64,000 nucleotides of DNA from Candidatus Hydrogenedentota bacterium (GCA_963674865.2 CAXXYE010000008.1:128001-192000); one strand, 5' to 3'. Positions 1 to 9,892 are shown, numbered from the stretch's first letter. The notes: generated by a model not told the origin, from the letters alone. Made by a program: numbers and translations.

Positions 1-1254
1 GAGGCGCTGGTGCGGCGCTTTCAAGACATGGCGGTGGGTTGCGCCTACGCGATCCTCGGCGATTTCGGGCACGCGGAGGATGCGGCCCAAGAGGCGTTCA
101 TCCGGGCATTCATGTGTATCGAGCAACTCCGCGATGCAAATGCCTTCCCGGGATGGCTTCGGACTATCGTGGTGCGCCAGTGTGGACGCCATACGCGCCG
201 GAAGCGCATTCCGACGGTGTCTCTTGACGCCGGTGTGGATAGGGCCGCACTGCTTCCTTTCGACACGCCCGAGCATCGCGAAATGCGGGAGCTTGTTCGG
301 GCCGCTCTCGCGGGACTGTCCGCAAGAGAGCGCGAAGCGACAACGCTCTTCTACATCAATGGCTACTCGATGGCCGAAGTCGGCGCATTTCTTGACGTCC
401 CCGTTACCACCGTCAAGAGCAGGCTCCATTCGGCGCGTGGCAAGCTTCGGGAAAGGATGGTGAACATGGTTGAAAACACGCTCAAGGCCGACGCGTCCGG
501 CTCCGGCGAGATGCCCGACCGTATTGCGTTCCTCTTCGAGCTGGCCAAGCCCTTGGCTGGGGGCGTGCCTCTATTGAAGGCCCTGAAGCAGTCCGAGGGG
601 GCCGTGAAATCAACCGAGTTGAGAGAGGTTGTCCATGACTTGCAGATGGATATCCAGGCAGGCCAAACGTTTTCCGGCGCGCTTGCACGGTATCCCGACT
701 TGTTTCCCGCGAAGGCGATATCGCTGATTCGTGATGGCGAATACTGTGGCAGAGTCGCGGTTTTCACGCGGTTGGCGGGGGAATGGCTCGAAACCGGCCG
801 CTGTGAAGTCGATCCTTACGTATTCACACGCTGCGTTCACGCGTCGCACTGGTTCAGTGATGCCGTTGATGTCGGCGCGGAGGCTGTCCTGATCCGCGCC
901 GAAGAGGAGGGCCAAGTGGGCCAGGGCGAGCCGCGTGTATGGCTTGAGTTTCTCATGCCCCGCGGCGCGACGGAGAAGATCGCGCCCGCCTTCTCGCGCG
1001 AAGAGGCCAGGCGATTGTCCGTCGAACCCGAGCCTTTCCGCTCGCTGGCCCAAGCCGTCAGCGTTGTTCAGGAACTGAAGTTGAAGACGGTTCTCGACGC
1101 TGTGCAGGACGGCGACGACATGACGGGAATGCTAAGAATCCGGCTCAGGCCGGATGATTCGAATGAGGTCCTGCTGCCGATTGTGTTTTCCCCGAACTCC
1201 GACATGGATGAGGTCCGCATCGACCTCACATCGCTTCTGGGAGCGGGCGCGTGA
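1..1254 (+). CDS. ECF sigma-70 factor with long C-terminal extension (T2SSF/PilC-like domain plus further domain); 5' end lies outside the window
   Basis: Frame is open from base 1 (EALVRRFQD...). Region 2 DAAQEAFIRAF..AFPGWLRTIV; region 4 LSAREREATTLFYINGYSMAEVGAFLDVPVTTVKSRLHSAR; then GVPLLKAL..DIQAGQTFSGALARYPDLF..LIRDGEYCG, which resembles T2SSF. Confidence 0.85.
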   Translation, partial: EALVRRFQDMAVGCAYAILGDFGHAEDAAQEAFIRAFMCIEQLRDANAFPGWLRTIVVRQCGRHTRRKRIPTVSLDAGVDRAALLPFDTPEHREMRELVRAALAGLSAREREATTLFYINGYSMAEVGAFLDVPVTTVKSRLHSARGKLRERMVNMVENTLKADASGSGEMPDRIAFLFELAKPLAGGVPLLKALKQSEGAVKSTELREVVHDLQMDIQAGQTFSGALARYPDLFPAKAISLIRDGEYCGRVAVFTRLAGEWLETGRCEVDPYVFTRCVHASHWFSDAVDVGAEAVLIRAEEEGQVGQGEPRVWLEFLMPRGATEKIAPAFSREEARRLSVEPEPFRSLAQAVSVVQELKLKTVLDAVQDGDDMTGMLRIRLRPDDSNEVLLPIVFSPNSDMDEVRIDLTSLLGAGA

Positions 1255-1263
1255 GTGGAGAGT

Positions 1264-2235
1264 TTACCCCTGCGGCGGCTCGATGGGCTCGTCCCGGCTG
1301 AGGACCTCTCCTACCACGAAATGCGGCCGCCCCTGCACCTCTCGGTAAACCCGGCCCAGGTATTCCCCCAGGATGCCCACCGAGATCAACTGCACCCCAG
1401 CGAAGAGAATCACCACCAACAGGACGAGCCACGTGGCGCCGTTGCCCCAAGGCCGAGATAGCGCTGTCGCGAGGCCGAGCCAGGCCAGCGCGCCGCCGCT
1501 CAGGAAGAAGAGCAGCCAGCCGATATAGAACGCGAAGCGAAGGGGGATCACCGTGAAATTCGTGATGAAATTCAGCGTCAGCGCAACAAGTTGCGTGACG
1601 TTGTACTTCGACTGCCCCGTGAGCCGCTCCGCGTGCGATACCGGCACCGACGCCCAGCGTCCGTAGCTCAACCAGGCGAACAAGCCGCTGAAGTACTTGG
1701 AGCGCTCATTGTATAGGTTGATGGTTTGGACAAGCCGCCGATCCATCGCAATGAATCCGCTCGCGCTGTCCGGCACATCGATGCCTGTGACGCGATACAG
1801 AAGATGTGACATGAGCCATGATCCGACCCGGCGAACCAGCGAGCCGACACGCCCCGTCCGGATTCCGTAGACGATGTCATAGCCCTCTTTGAGCTTGTCC
1901 ACGAGGCGCGGAATCTCCTCGGGCGCCACCTGGAGATCCGCATCCAGCAAGACGATCACATCCCCCCGGGCGTACTGGAATCCCGCGGCCAAAGCCATCT
2001 GCTGCCCGAAATTGCGGATGAATCTTACGACGCGTACCGCCTCTTCCCGCTCGAACAGCCCCTTCAAAATCTCGAATGAACCATCGCGGCTTCCGTCCTC
2101 GATGAACAAGACCTCATAGCTCTGGTGGTATTGCAGCAGCGTTTCCTTGAGGCGTTCATATAAGCGCTCGAGGTTGCCCGCTTCGTTATAGACGGGCACG
2201 ATGATCGTCAACGCGGGATGGTGTGGCTCGCTCAC
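1264..2235 (-). CDS. GT2 glycosyltransferase, ArnC/GtrB-like (polyprenol-phosphate glycosyltransferase type)
   Basis: IIVPVYNEAGN, EDGSRDGS, RNFGQQMAL, LDADLQ, two C-terminal TM helices, GILGEYLGRVY. Confidence 0.9.
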   Translation of the reverse strand: MSEPHHPALTIIVPVYNEAGNLERLYERLKETLLQYHQSYEVLFIEDGSRDGSFEILKGLFEREEAVRVVRFIRNFGQQMALAAGFQYARGDVIVLLDADLQVAPEEIPRLVDKLKEGYDIVYGIRTGRVGSLVRRVGSWLMSHLLYRVTGIDVPDSASGFIAMDRRLVQTINLYNERSKYFSGLFAWLSYGRWASVPVSHAERLTGQSKYNVTQLVALTLNFITNFTVIPLRFAFYIGWLLFFLSGGALAWLGLATALSRPWGNGATWLVLLVVILFAGVQLISVGILGEYLGRVYREVQGRPHFVVGEVLSRDEPIEPPQG

Positions 2236-2269
2236 TGGACGCGGCTCCTTTTCCGCTCAATACTCTCTA

Positions 2270-2947
2270 TCATATCAGTTCCCCGCCTTCCGGGCCCTCA
2301 TTCAGTAGAAGGTCGATGGCCGACAGGTGGGACATGAATGGCTCGAATTGCTGGCGATAGGGCCGGCACACGTAGTCTTGGAATTCCACTTCAAGGCCCG
2401 CCGCCTCGAACTGCGCGGCTTCGATGAAGGTCTTGCCGGTGCTGCCCTCCCGGAACGTGTGTCCTCCGACGGCCTTCAGCAAATCCACCAGACTCTTCGT
2501 CTTATCCGGGCCGAACGTCACGGGGATGTCGCTCAACATCTTGCAGGGAGTCGCAATCCCAAACTCCTTCGCCAAGAACTCGACAAAATGCATGTCCAGA
2601 TCGAGGAGAATATTCCATTCACGTTTGAAGGCGTCCTCGATAAAGGGCGCGTAGTCCTTCCAATACGGCGCCTTTGCATAGTTCTGGCGGAGCAAGTTCC
2701 AATGGCGGCGACCCCATGCCTGGCCGTTGTCAATCTCCACCTCGTTGATGCGGGCCGTAGACGCCACGCGTTTCACCGGGACGGTGAGATAGGCGAAGTC
2801 CTTCGCCGTGCGGATGCGGTTCCGGTTGCGCCAGTCCTGCTTGGTGTACTGGAGGTTATCTTCGACAATGAAGAGATCGCACCGCTTCATGAGGTCGAAG
2901 AAACCCACCCAAGGCAGGTACCCCGGTTGCAGCGCCGCGACGATCAT
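2270..2947 (-). CDS. WbqC-like family protein
   Basis: MIVAALQPGYLPWVGFF, QYTKQDWRNRNRI, LTVPV, LSAIDLLLNEG. Start placed at the ATGA overlap with the upstream stop. Confidence 0.88.
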   Translation of the reverse strand: MIVAALQPGYLPWVGFFDLMKRCDLFIVEDNLQYTKQDWRNRNRIRTAKDFAYLTVPVKRVASTARINEVEIDNGQAWGRRHWNLLRQNYAKAPYWKDYAPFIEDAFKREWNILLDLDMHFVEFLAKEFGIATPCKMLSDIPVTFGPDKTKSLVDLLKAVGGHTFREGSTGKTFIEAAQFEAAGLEVEFQDYVCRPYRQQFEPFMSHLSAIDLLLNEGPEGGELI

Positions 2948-4500
2948 ACCTCTCCGCCTTCCTTGTCGATATGCAACCGGCACCATTCCCGCACGCACAG
3001 CAGCGTCCAGATCTGCCACCCGTTATTGCGCGTTCCCGTGAAGTGCTCCTCCACAACCGCCGCTACCCCCGCCGGATCGAAGAGCTCCCAGAAGAATCCA
3101 GTGTCTTCCCGAAGCTGTGCCCGGATGTGCGGCTCGAGGCCCTCCCGCAGCATCTCTCCCATGGGTGTGCGAAAGCCCACCTTCGCCCGATCGATGATCG
3201 CGTCGGGCACGAGCCCCCGCACCGCCCGCTTGAGGAGCGCCTTGGGCTGATCGTCGGCGCATTTCACCTCGACGGGGATGCGGAGCGCCAGATCAATGAC
3301 TCGCCGATCCAAGAACGGCGCCACCGGTTCCGTGCCGAAGTGCGTGCTCAGCTTGTAATCGAGCGTCAGCCAATTCGCCATCAGTGTCCGGAAATCGAAG
3401 GCCAGTGCCCTTTCCAAGAGAGTATCCCCAGGACACGCGGCGAAGATGGCGTCATAGGCCGTCTCCGGCTCATAGCCCACCGCCTTGATAAATGAGGCCC
3501 GAAGCAGCCGCGCCCGCTGCGCCGGGTCGAACAGCGTCCGCCGCGCGCGATGGCCGGTTAGGCTGGCCTGTTTGTGCGAGTCGTATCCGGTGAACAGCTC
3601 GTCCGCGCCCCGGCCTGAAACCATGATCCGGTGTCCTGCCTGATGGGCCGCCGCTTCGAGCAGATAACGCGGGAACACGGGCGGATGACATTTCGGCTCC
3701 TCCGCGGCGCGCATCAGCCCGGTTAGGGCCTCGGGGAAGTCCTCGGCTTGGGGAATGACTCGTGTAAACGCGGCGCCGATCTGATCGGCCACCAGTTGGC
3801 CGTAGGGTGATTCATCGAACCGCGCATAGTCCGGGAAGGCCGCCACGTAGGCCTGCGGCGGCATCCCCGCCAACTCCGCTAGCAAGACCGCCATCAGACT
3901 CGAGTCGATCCCGCCGCTCAAGTGGCAGCCTACGCCGGGCTGTGCGAAGGGGAGAACGACCTGCTTCAGCGTGTCGATGATCTCCTCGCACCACGTTTCC
4001 TCGGAGCGGTTCTCGGGATGGTGCTCGAACGTAAAATAGGACTTGACCCGGCCATTATCCAATACGGCCCCGGCCGGCAATAACTGGACGCCCTCGAAGA
4101 ATGTCTTGCCGTCGAGCGACCACACGAAGGTGAGGTAATCGAGGAGCGCCGCCGCGTTGAGTCTTGTGTCTTTCAGGCGTGGCAGCAGGTCGCCGATCCG
4201 CACCGCAAATAACAGTTGGCCTTCTGTTGATTCCGCGTAGTAGAGCGGCACCGTGCCGGCGGCATCCCGTGCCAGAAGTGTCCGCGGCGCCTTGGAATCG
4301 TGCAACGCCAAGGCGAAGCCGCCTTCGATGTGTTCGGCGAAGGCGGCCCCATGGCGAGCGTAGAGCCCCGTGAGATACGGGCCCGGTTCCATGCCTTGCG
4401 GTGTGCGGAGCCTGCCCGCCCATTGCACGGTGACTCCCGTGTCCTTATCCGTGTAACGAGGCCCGCTGCCCTCGAGTGTCTCGGCCGCCTCACCGTGCAT
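2944..4500 (-). CDS. Asparagine synthase-like ATP-dependent amide ligase (no N-terminal Cys1)
   Basis: EGGFALAL, LARDAAGTVPLYY, PP-loop LSGGIDSS, SGRGADELFTGY, PFLDRRV, KVGFRTP. Confidence 0.85.
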   Translation of the reverse strand: MHGEAAETLEGSGPRYTDKDTGVTVQWAGRLRTPQGMEPGPYLTGLYARHGAAFAEHIEGGFALALHDSKAPRTLLARDAAGTVPLYYAESTEGQLLFAVRIGDLLPRLKDTRLNAAALLDYLTFVWSLDGKTFFEGVQLLPAGAVLDNGRVKSYFTFEHHPENRSEETWCEEIIDTLKQVVLPFAQPGVGCHLSGGIDSSLMAVLLAELAGMPPQAYVAAFPDYARFDESPYGQLVADQIGAAFTRVIPQAEDFPEALTGLMRAAEEPKCHPPVFPRYLLEAAAHQAGHRIMVSGRGADELFTGYDSHKQASLTGHRARRTLFDPAQRARLLRASFIKAVGYEPETAYDAIFAACPGDTLLERALAFDFRTLMANWLTLDYKLSTHFGTEPVAPFLDRRVIDLALRIPVEVKCADDQPKALLKRAVRGLVPDAIIDRAKVGFRTPMGEMLREGLEPHIRAQLREDTGFFWELFDPAGVAAVVEEHFTGTRNNGWQIWTLLCVREWCRLHIDKEGGEV

Positions 4501-5665
4501 CGCTGCCCTCGCGGTGATCGGAGGATGATACCTCCGCGCCGGTTGTCACGCGCTTGTGCTCCAGGTGGCAACACCCCTGGCATATCTCAAACGGCCTTTG
4601 CTGGAGGTGCTGCCGGAACTGACGCATCCGCGGCCCGTTCCAGATAGCCTTCAATGAGTTCTCACGGACGTTGCCGATGCGGTAGATAAAGCAGGGGAAA
4701 ACGTCCCCCTTCGCGCCGATGTAGACGTTTGTCCAGGGACTCCGGCATTGAAACTGGTTGAGGTCGATTCCGCCGCTATAGTAGCGGACAATATCCTCGC
4801 GGGGCATGCGCGGTAGGCGAAGCTCGATGCCTGCTTTCTTCGCGGCCTCTTCAGTTGCCGACAGCGCCTGTTGCAGCGCTGTGGCATCGATGCGGGGCAG
4901 CGTGATCTGATCGATGCCGTAGATGCACGGCAGGGCGTCGCCCATGCCTTGGATGTCGTGAAATCGAATTTCCACTTCCAGGTTGAGCACGTCCGCGCCC
5001 GCCTCCGCCGCGATACGCGCCATCTCGGGCAGCACCCCGATGTTCTCTTCCTGGATTACTACCGTGAGGTGGATATGGGGGCACCGCTTCTTCGCCGCGG
5101 CTCGATGACGCGCCAGCGCCCGAACGGCCGCGGTGGTGCGCTCATAGGCCCCCGGCTTGCGGACAATGCGATCATGGATCTCCGCCGTGCCTTCGAGCGA
5201 GACGCCGACGAAGTTGAGGCCCTTGCCCCCCAGTCGGTGCGGTGCCAGCGCGACGCAGGCCGCCGCCCGCTCGTCCGTCACGCGATTGCCGTTGGTGATG
5301 ACATGCGTCCGGCGATGCTGGCCGGCGTGTTCGAGCAGGGCCATGAGGTCCTCGCGTACGAACGGCTCGCCGCCCGTGAACGTGAGCAGGCTGAACCGGC
5401 CCATCTGATCGATGACGCGCTTCCATTCATCCGTCGTCAATTCTCCCTCGGCCTGCGCGGCGGCGGGAGTCTTCTCGTACCACAGGCTGTATTGGCACAT
5501 GGCGCACCGCAGATTGCACCGGCGCGTTACCTCGAGGAAATAGTGCCACGCGGGGAAGGCGTAGCCCCCGCGGAAGAAGCGGAAGGGAACCGCGCTGTGC
5601 GCCCTCATGATCAGGTGATACAGATCCGAGAGGCGATGCCGGCTGCCTTGCTCTTGTCCACTCAT
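4490..5665 (-). CDS. Radical SAM protein with SPASM/twitch domain
   Basis: CNLRCAMC, FTGGEP, ITNG; C-terminal CRSPW..GDVFPC..GNV..CQGCC. Confidence 0.9.
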   Translation of the reverse strand: MSGQEQGSRHRLSDLYHLIMRAHSAVPFRFFRGGYAFPAWHYFLEVTRRCNLRCAMCQYSLWYEKTPAAAQAEGELTTDEWKRVIDQMGRFSLLTFTGGEPFVREDLMALLEHAGQHRRTHVITNGNRVTDERAAACVALAPHRLGGKGLNFVGVSLEGTAEIHDRIVRKPGAYERTTAAVRALARHRAAAKKRCPHIHLTVVIQEENIGVLPEMARIAAEAGADVLNLEVEIRFHDIQGMGDALPCIYGIDQITLPRIDATALQQALSATEEAAKKAGIELRLPRMPREDIVRYYSGGIDLNQFQCRSPWTNVYIGAKGDVFPCFIYRIGNVRENSLKAIWNGPRMRQFRQHLQQRPFEICQGCCHLEHKRVTTGAEVSSSDHREGSDAR

Positions 5666-5837
5666 TGATTACCCTTGCTTGTGGGCAGGTCGCCCCGCCC
5701 CGGGCCCGTGAAGCACACGCCAGGATGCGGGGGATTATAGAACAAACGGCGTCGCCTATGCAGTTCTGCGTGTTCTTGCGTACGGTTTTCCGCGCGATCC
5801 GCGAGCACGGCGTGCGTGAGGTTTGGAAACGCCGCGG

Positions 5838-5870
5838 AAAAGAGAGGCGGACCCCTTTTTCAAGGGGCCC
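5838..5870 (-). terminator. Possible intrinsic terminator ending the small-ORF transcript
   Basis: Minus strand gggcccctt-gaaa-aaggggtcc hairpin followed by gcctctctttt; the U-tract is offset from the stem. Confidence 0.4.
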
Positions 5871-5883
5871 GAGTTTGGGGAGA

Positions 5884-6030
5884 GGGCCGAGCCACACATC
5901 CGGGGGCCTGGGGACCCCTGCGCTGGCGGAGAGAGGAGGATCCAGCCCGGGCAAGATTGCCCCAAGCCGAAAGGCGGCTCGGCCCGTTGGCGGAAGTGGA
6001 GCCCCGGTGGTCAGGCCGGGGATTGGGCCG
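5884..6030 (-). ncRNA. Highly structured non-coding segment (3' UTR or candidate sRNA)
   Basis: 10-bp closing stem gggccgagcc (5884-5893) / ggctcggccc (5976-5985) encloses four hairpins; a further hairpin ccccgg..ccgggg lies at about 6002-6021. Confidence 0.45.
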
Positions 6031-6201
6031 TTAATTCGCTGGAACCAGCACCCACCGGGTCTTGTACAAGACCGTGCCGAAGAAGATGCCCTGCGGCTCA
6101 CGCCAACGTGAGCGGATCTCTCGTCCGCAGAATACCTGGAGATACCAGGCTACCAAAGGCGACTTCGTCCGGATAGTCCCGCTGGGGCTGATGCTAAACA
6201 T
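6031..6201 (-). CDS. Small hypothetical protein, 56 aa (MFSISPSGTIRTKSPLVAWYLQVFCGREIRSRWREPQGIFFGTVLYKTRWVLVPAN); not in ORF track
   Basis: Hand-translated. RBS gggaggagga 8 nt before the ATG; sigma54 promoter about 70 nt upstream. Confidence 0.65.
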   Translation of the reverse strand: MFSISPSGTIRTKSPLVAWYLQVFCGREIRSRWREPQGIFFGTVLYKTRWVLVPAN

Positions 6202-6273
6202 GGTGACGTTCCTCCTCCCAAACGTCGTTGGGTATCTGTTCTTGTTTTCCTCTCAACTGTCGCCACTCTTTCG

Positions 6274-6290
6274 AGCAACGCGCGTGCCAA
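6274..6290 (-). promoter_or_regulatory. sigma54 (-24/-12) promoter
   Basis: Minus strand TTGGCACGcgcgTTGCT, an exact match to YTGGCACG-N4-TTGCW. Confidence 0.8.
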
Positions 6291-6308
6291 CTCGTTCCTT
6301 GTCTTATG

Positions 6309-6321
6309 TAAGCCCTTGTTA
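6309..6321 (-). promoter_or_regulatory. IHF-like binding site just upstream of the sigma54 promoter
   Basis: Minus strand TAACAAgggcTTA versus WATCAANNNNTTR (one mismatch), at about -47 to -59. Confidence 0.55.
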
Positions 6322-7055
6322 ATGAGCACCTTAGATGTTTGGTGCGGCAGGAAGGCCGCGAATTGGACTCCAAACGCGCCCCGATCACCGTCCAATTCTG
6401 TGCAGCCATGGTGCGGTAAGAAGACGGTGTTCAAATTTGTATCCTGATGTCGAGGATTGTATACGGCGGAGTTCCCGGTTAGGCGCGTAACGTGGGATTG
6501 CACGGGCAATGGGGCGTGATCAGAGAGGGATGACGCTATAGCATTGGGAGCATCGGAGGCTGCGACTCTTGTTCTAAGTTATTCGCAGGTAGTTACTTGT
6601 GGCATATTGCGGTTGTGCGGCGGTATCCGACGTCACCGCGCACAAAATTGTTCCCGCCGGCTTCGGCCCTTTTCCTTCATGATGGAGAGGCACTTGAACC
6701 TTCGCAGGAAGTGGTTCCCCCTGGTGGCCTCCATGTGCCAAGGGCGCGGCGTCTCCTATCGTGGAAAATGCCCAACGTCGTTCCGCTCCCCCGTATGGGG
6801 GTCGACTCTCGGGTCGTTCTTGCGATTGTACCGTTCGTGCGGATTCCAGATGACCTGGCCGGGCGTCGCGCCCGCATAGTGCTGCGCTCCCTGCTCCCGG
6901 CCCCGGCAATGCTGCGACGCGTCTTCCCACAGCCTCGTTGTCTGGAGTGTTGCCTCAGGCTTCTTGTGCATGGCGGGAAGAACATCGCGCGCCTGAAGGC
7001 CGCCTCACCTTCCTCAGCCTGACTCGCCGATCGCGCTGCGCCCGGCGACACTTGT

Positions 7056-7085
7056 TTGAAGGCGCGTCCCATCGTTTGCTATACT
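7056..7085 (+). promoter_or_regulatory. Putative sigma70 promoter for ndk
   Basis: TTGAAG-N18-TATACT with an extended -10 TG. Confidence 0.45.
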
Positions 7086-7212
7086 TTCAAAGATCTTGTG
7101 GGTGAAGTGTGCCCGCCGGCGGTCTCAGCGTGACATTCCCATACCGCTTTGGCGGGGCGGCGTGTCCCGTTTATTGACTATCTTCCGTGGAATGACAGAT
7201 CGGTGTTTCAGC

Positions 7213-7668
7213 GTGGTTGAGCGTACATTTGTTATGATCAAGCCCGACGCCGTCGGGCGGCGTCTATGCAGCACCGTCATTGGGCGTTACGAGGCGAAGG
7301 GACTCCAGCTCATCGCGATGAAGATGCAGGTTCTGTCAACCGAATTGGCCGAGAAGCATTACGCGGAACACGTTGGGAAGCCGTTTTTTGAGTCCCTGAT
7401 GGCTTTCATTACCTCAGGCCCCACAATTCAGATGGTATGGGCGGGCGAGAACGCCGTCGAAGTGGCGCGTAAGCTCAATGGCGCCACCAGTTGCCAGGAC
7501 GCGGATGTAGGTACTATCCGCGGTGACTTCGGCCTCGACACGAGGCATAACCTGGTGCACGCGTCCGACTCCGTCGAGACGGCCCAACGCGAAATCGCCT
7601 TGTATTTCCGACCTGATGAGCTATGTGAGTACGCCATGCCCGATGGGCATTGGTTCGGCGAAACCTGA
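7213..7668 (+). CDS. ndk: Nucleoside diphosphate kinase
   Basis: ERTFVMIKPDAV, HYAEHVGKPFF, GTIRGDFG, NLVHASDS. GTG start chosen by family length. Confidence 0.97.
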   Translation: MVERTFVMIKPDAVGRRLCSTVIGRYEAKGLQLIAMKMQVLSTELAEKHYAEHVGKPFFESLMAFITSGPTIQMVWAGENAVEVARKLNGATSCQDADVGTIRGDFGLDTRHNLVHASDSVETAQREIALYFRPDELCEYAMPDGHWFGET

Positions 7669-7709
7669 CAATGCCGGGGCAATCAGCCAGTCACTAAAGG
7701 AGAAAATGG

Positions 7710-7799
7710 ATGGCCGGTGGAAGAAAAGTTCGGCGCGCGAAGATCGCGAAACACAAGCGTAAGAAGAAGCGCCGTGCCAATCGCCATAAGAACAAGTAA
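7710..7799 (+). CDS. Small basic ribosomal protein, bS22/mS38 (AURKAIP1/COX24-like), 29 aa MAGGRKVRRAKIAKHKRKKKRRANRHKNK; not in ORF track
   Basis: RBS aaaggag 7 nt upstream; KIAKHKRKKxxRxNRHKxK pattern; terminator follows. Confidence 0.8.
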   Translation: MAGGRKVRRAKIAKHKRKKKRRANRHKNK

Positions 7800-7844
7800 C
7801 GGCCGCGCCCTGCGCGCCGTGTTCCCGCGTTAACTGTCCCGACC

Positions 7845-7870
7845 CCGGCCCCCTCGGGGGCCGGTTCTTT
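7845..7870 (+). terminator. Intrinsic terminator
   Basis: ccggcccc-ctcg-ggggccgg followed by ttcttt. Confidence 0.7.
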
Positions 7871-7926
7871 GTCGCCGCCTCACGGGCTACGGCCCGTCGC
7901 GGCCTCGAGAGAAGGAGGTCAGCCCG

Positions 7927-8361
7927 ATGGCAGACGAAGATGCAAAGAAGATCATCGTTGACGAGGACTGGAAGGCCCAGGTTCAGCGCGAGAGGGAAGA
8001 GGCCCGCAACAAGGCTGACGAGGAGCCCGCGGCGGACGAGGAGAAGACTCCCGGCCGAACGGAGGGCGCCTCATTCGTCAACCTCGTGACGGACTTGGCC
8101 ACGCAAACGCTCTTCGCGCTTGGATTCATCGCCCCTCAGGGCACCAAGGAAGTCATGGTCGACATCGCGCAGGCCAAGTACCTGATCGACACCTTGATGG
8201 TGTTGCGCGACAAGACGAAAGACAACTTGGCCCCCGAGGAGGAAGGCCACCTGCGTGAGGCCCTCGGCGAACTCCAGCGGGCCTATGTAGCTCGCGCCCA
8301 GCAGGTCCAGGAGGCCGAGCTGAAGAACGCTGGCGTCGATCCCAAAGCGCCCTTGAAATAG
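7927..8361 (+). CDS. DUF1844-like protein
   Basis: KIIVDEDWKAQVQRERE, AKYLIDTLMVLRDKTKDNL; RBS aaggagg. Confidence 0.8.
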   Translation: MADEDAKKIIVDEDWKAQVQREREEARNKADEEPAADEEKTPGRTEGASFVNLVTDLATQTLFALGFIAPQGTKEVMVDIAQAKYLIDTLMVLRDKTKDNLAPEEEGHLREALGELQRAYVARAQQVQEAELKNAGVDPKAPLK

Positions 8362-8389
8362 CTTTGCGCGGGCGACGCCGTGCGCATAA

Positions 8390-9739
<1,350 letters not shown>

Positions 9740-9892
9740 GATCCCGCTTGGCCCGAATAGCTCGCACGCGGTTGTCCGCGCCGTAATCTTCTCCATTGCC
9801 CAACGGCAGGCCCCTGAGGTGATGCGCTCATTCCGCATGATATGGGCGCGCTCTCCTTAATCGGGCCGTGCGAGGAGCCGGTTAGGGGAGCT

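Noticed and set aside
6544..7072. Several 70-140 aa ORFs in the gap upstream of ndk
   Set aside because: No motifs, no convincing RBS, mutually overlapping; better explained as regulatory DNA.
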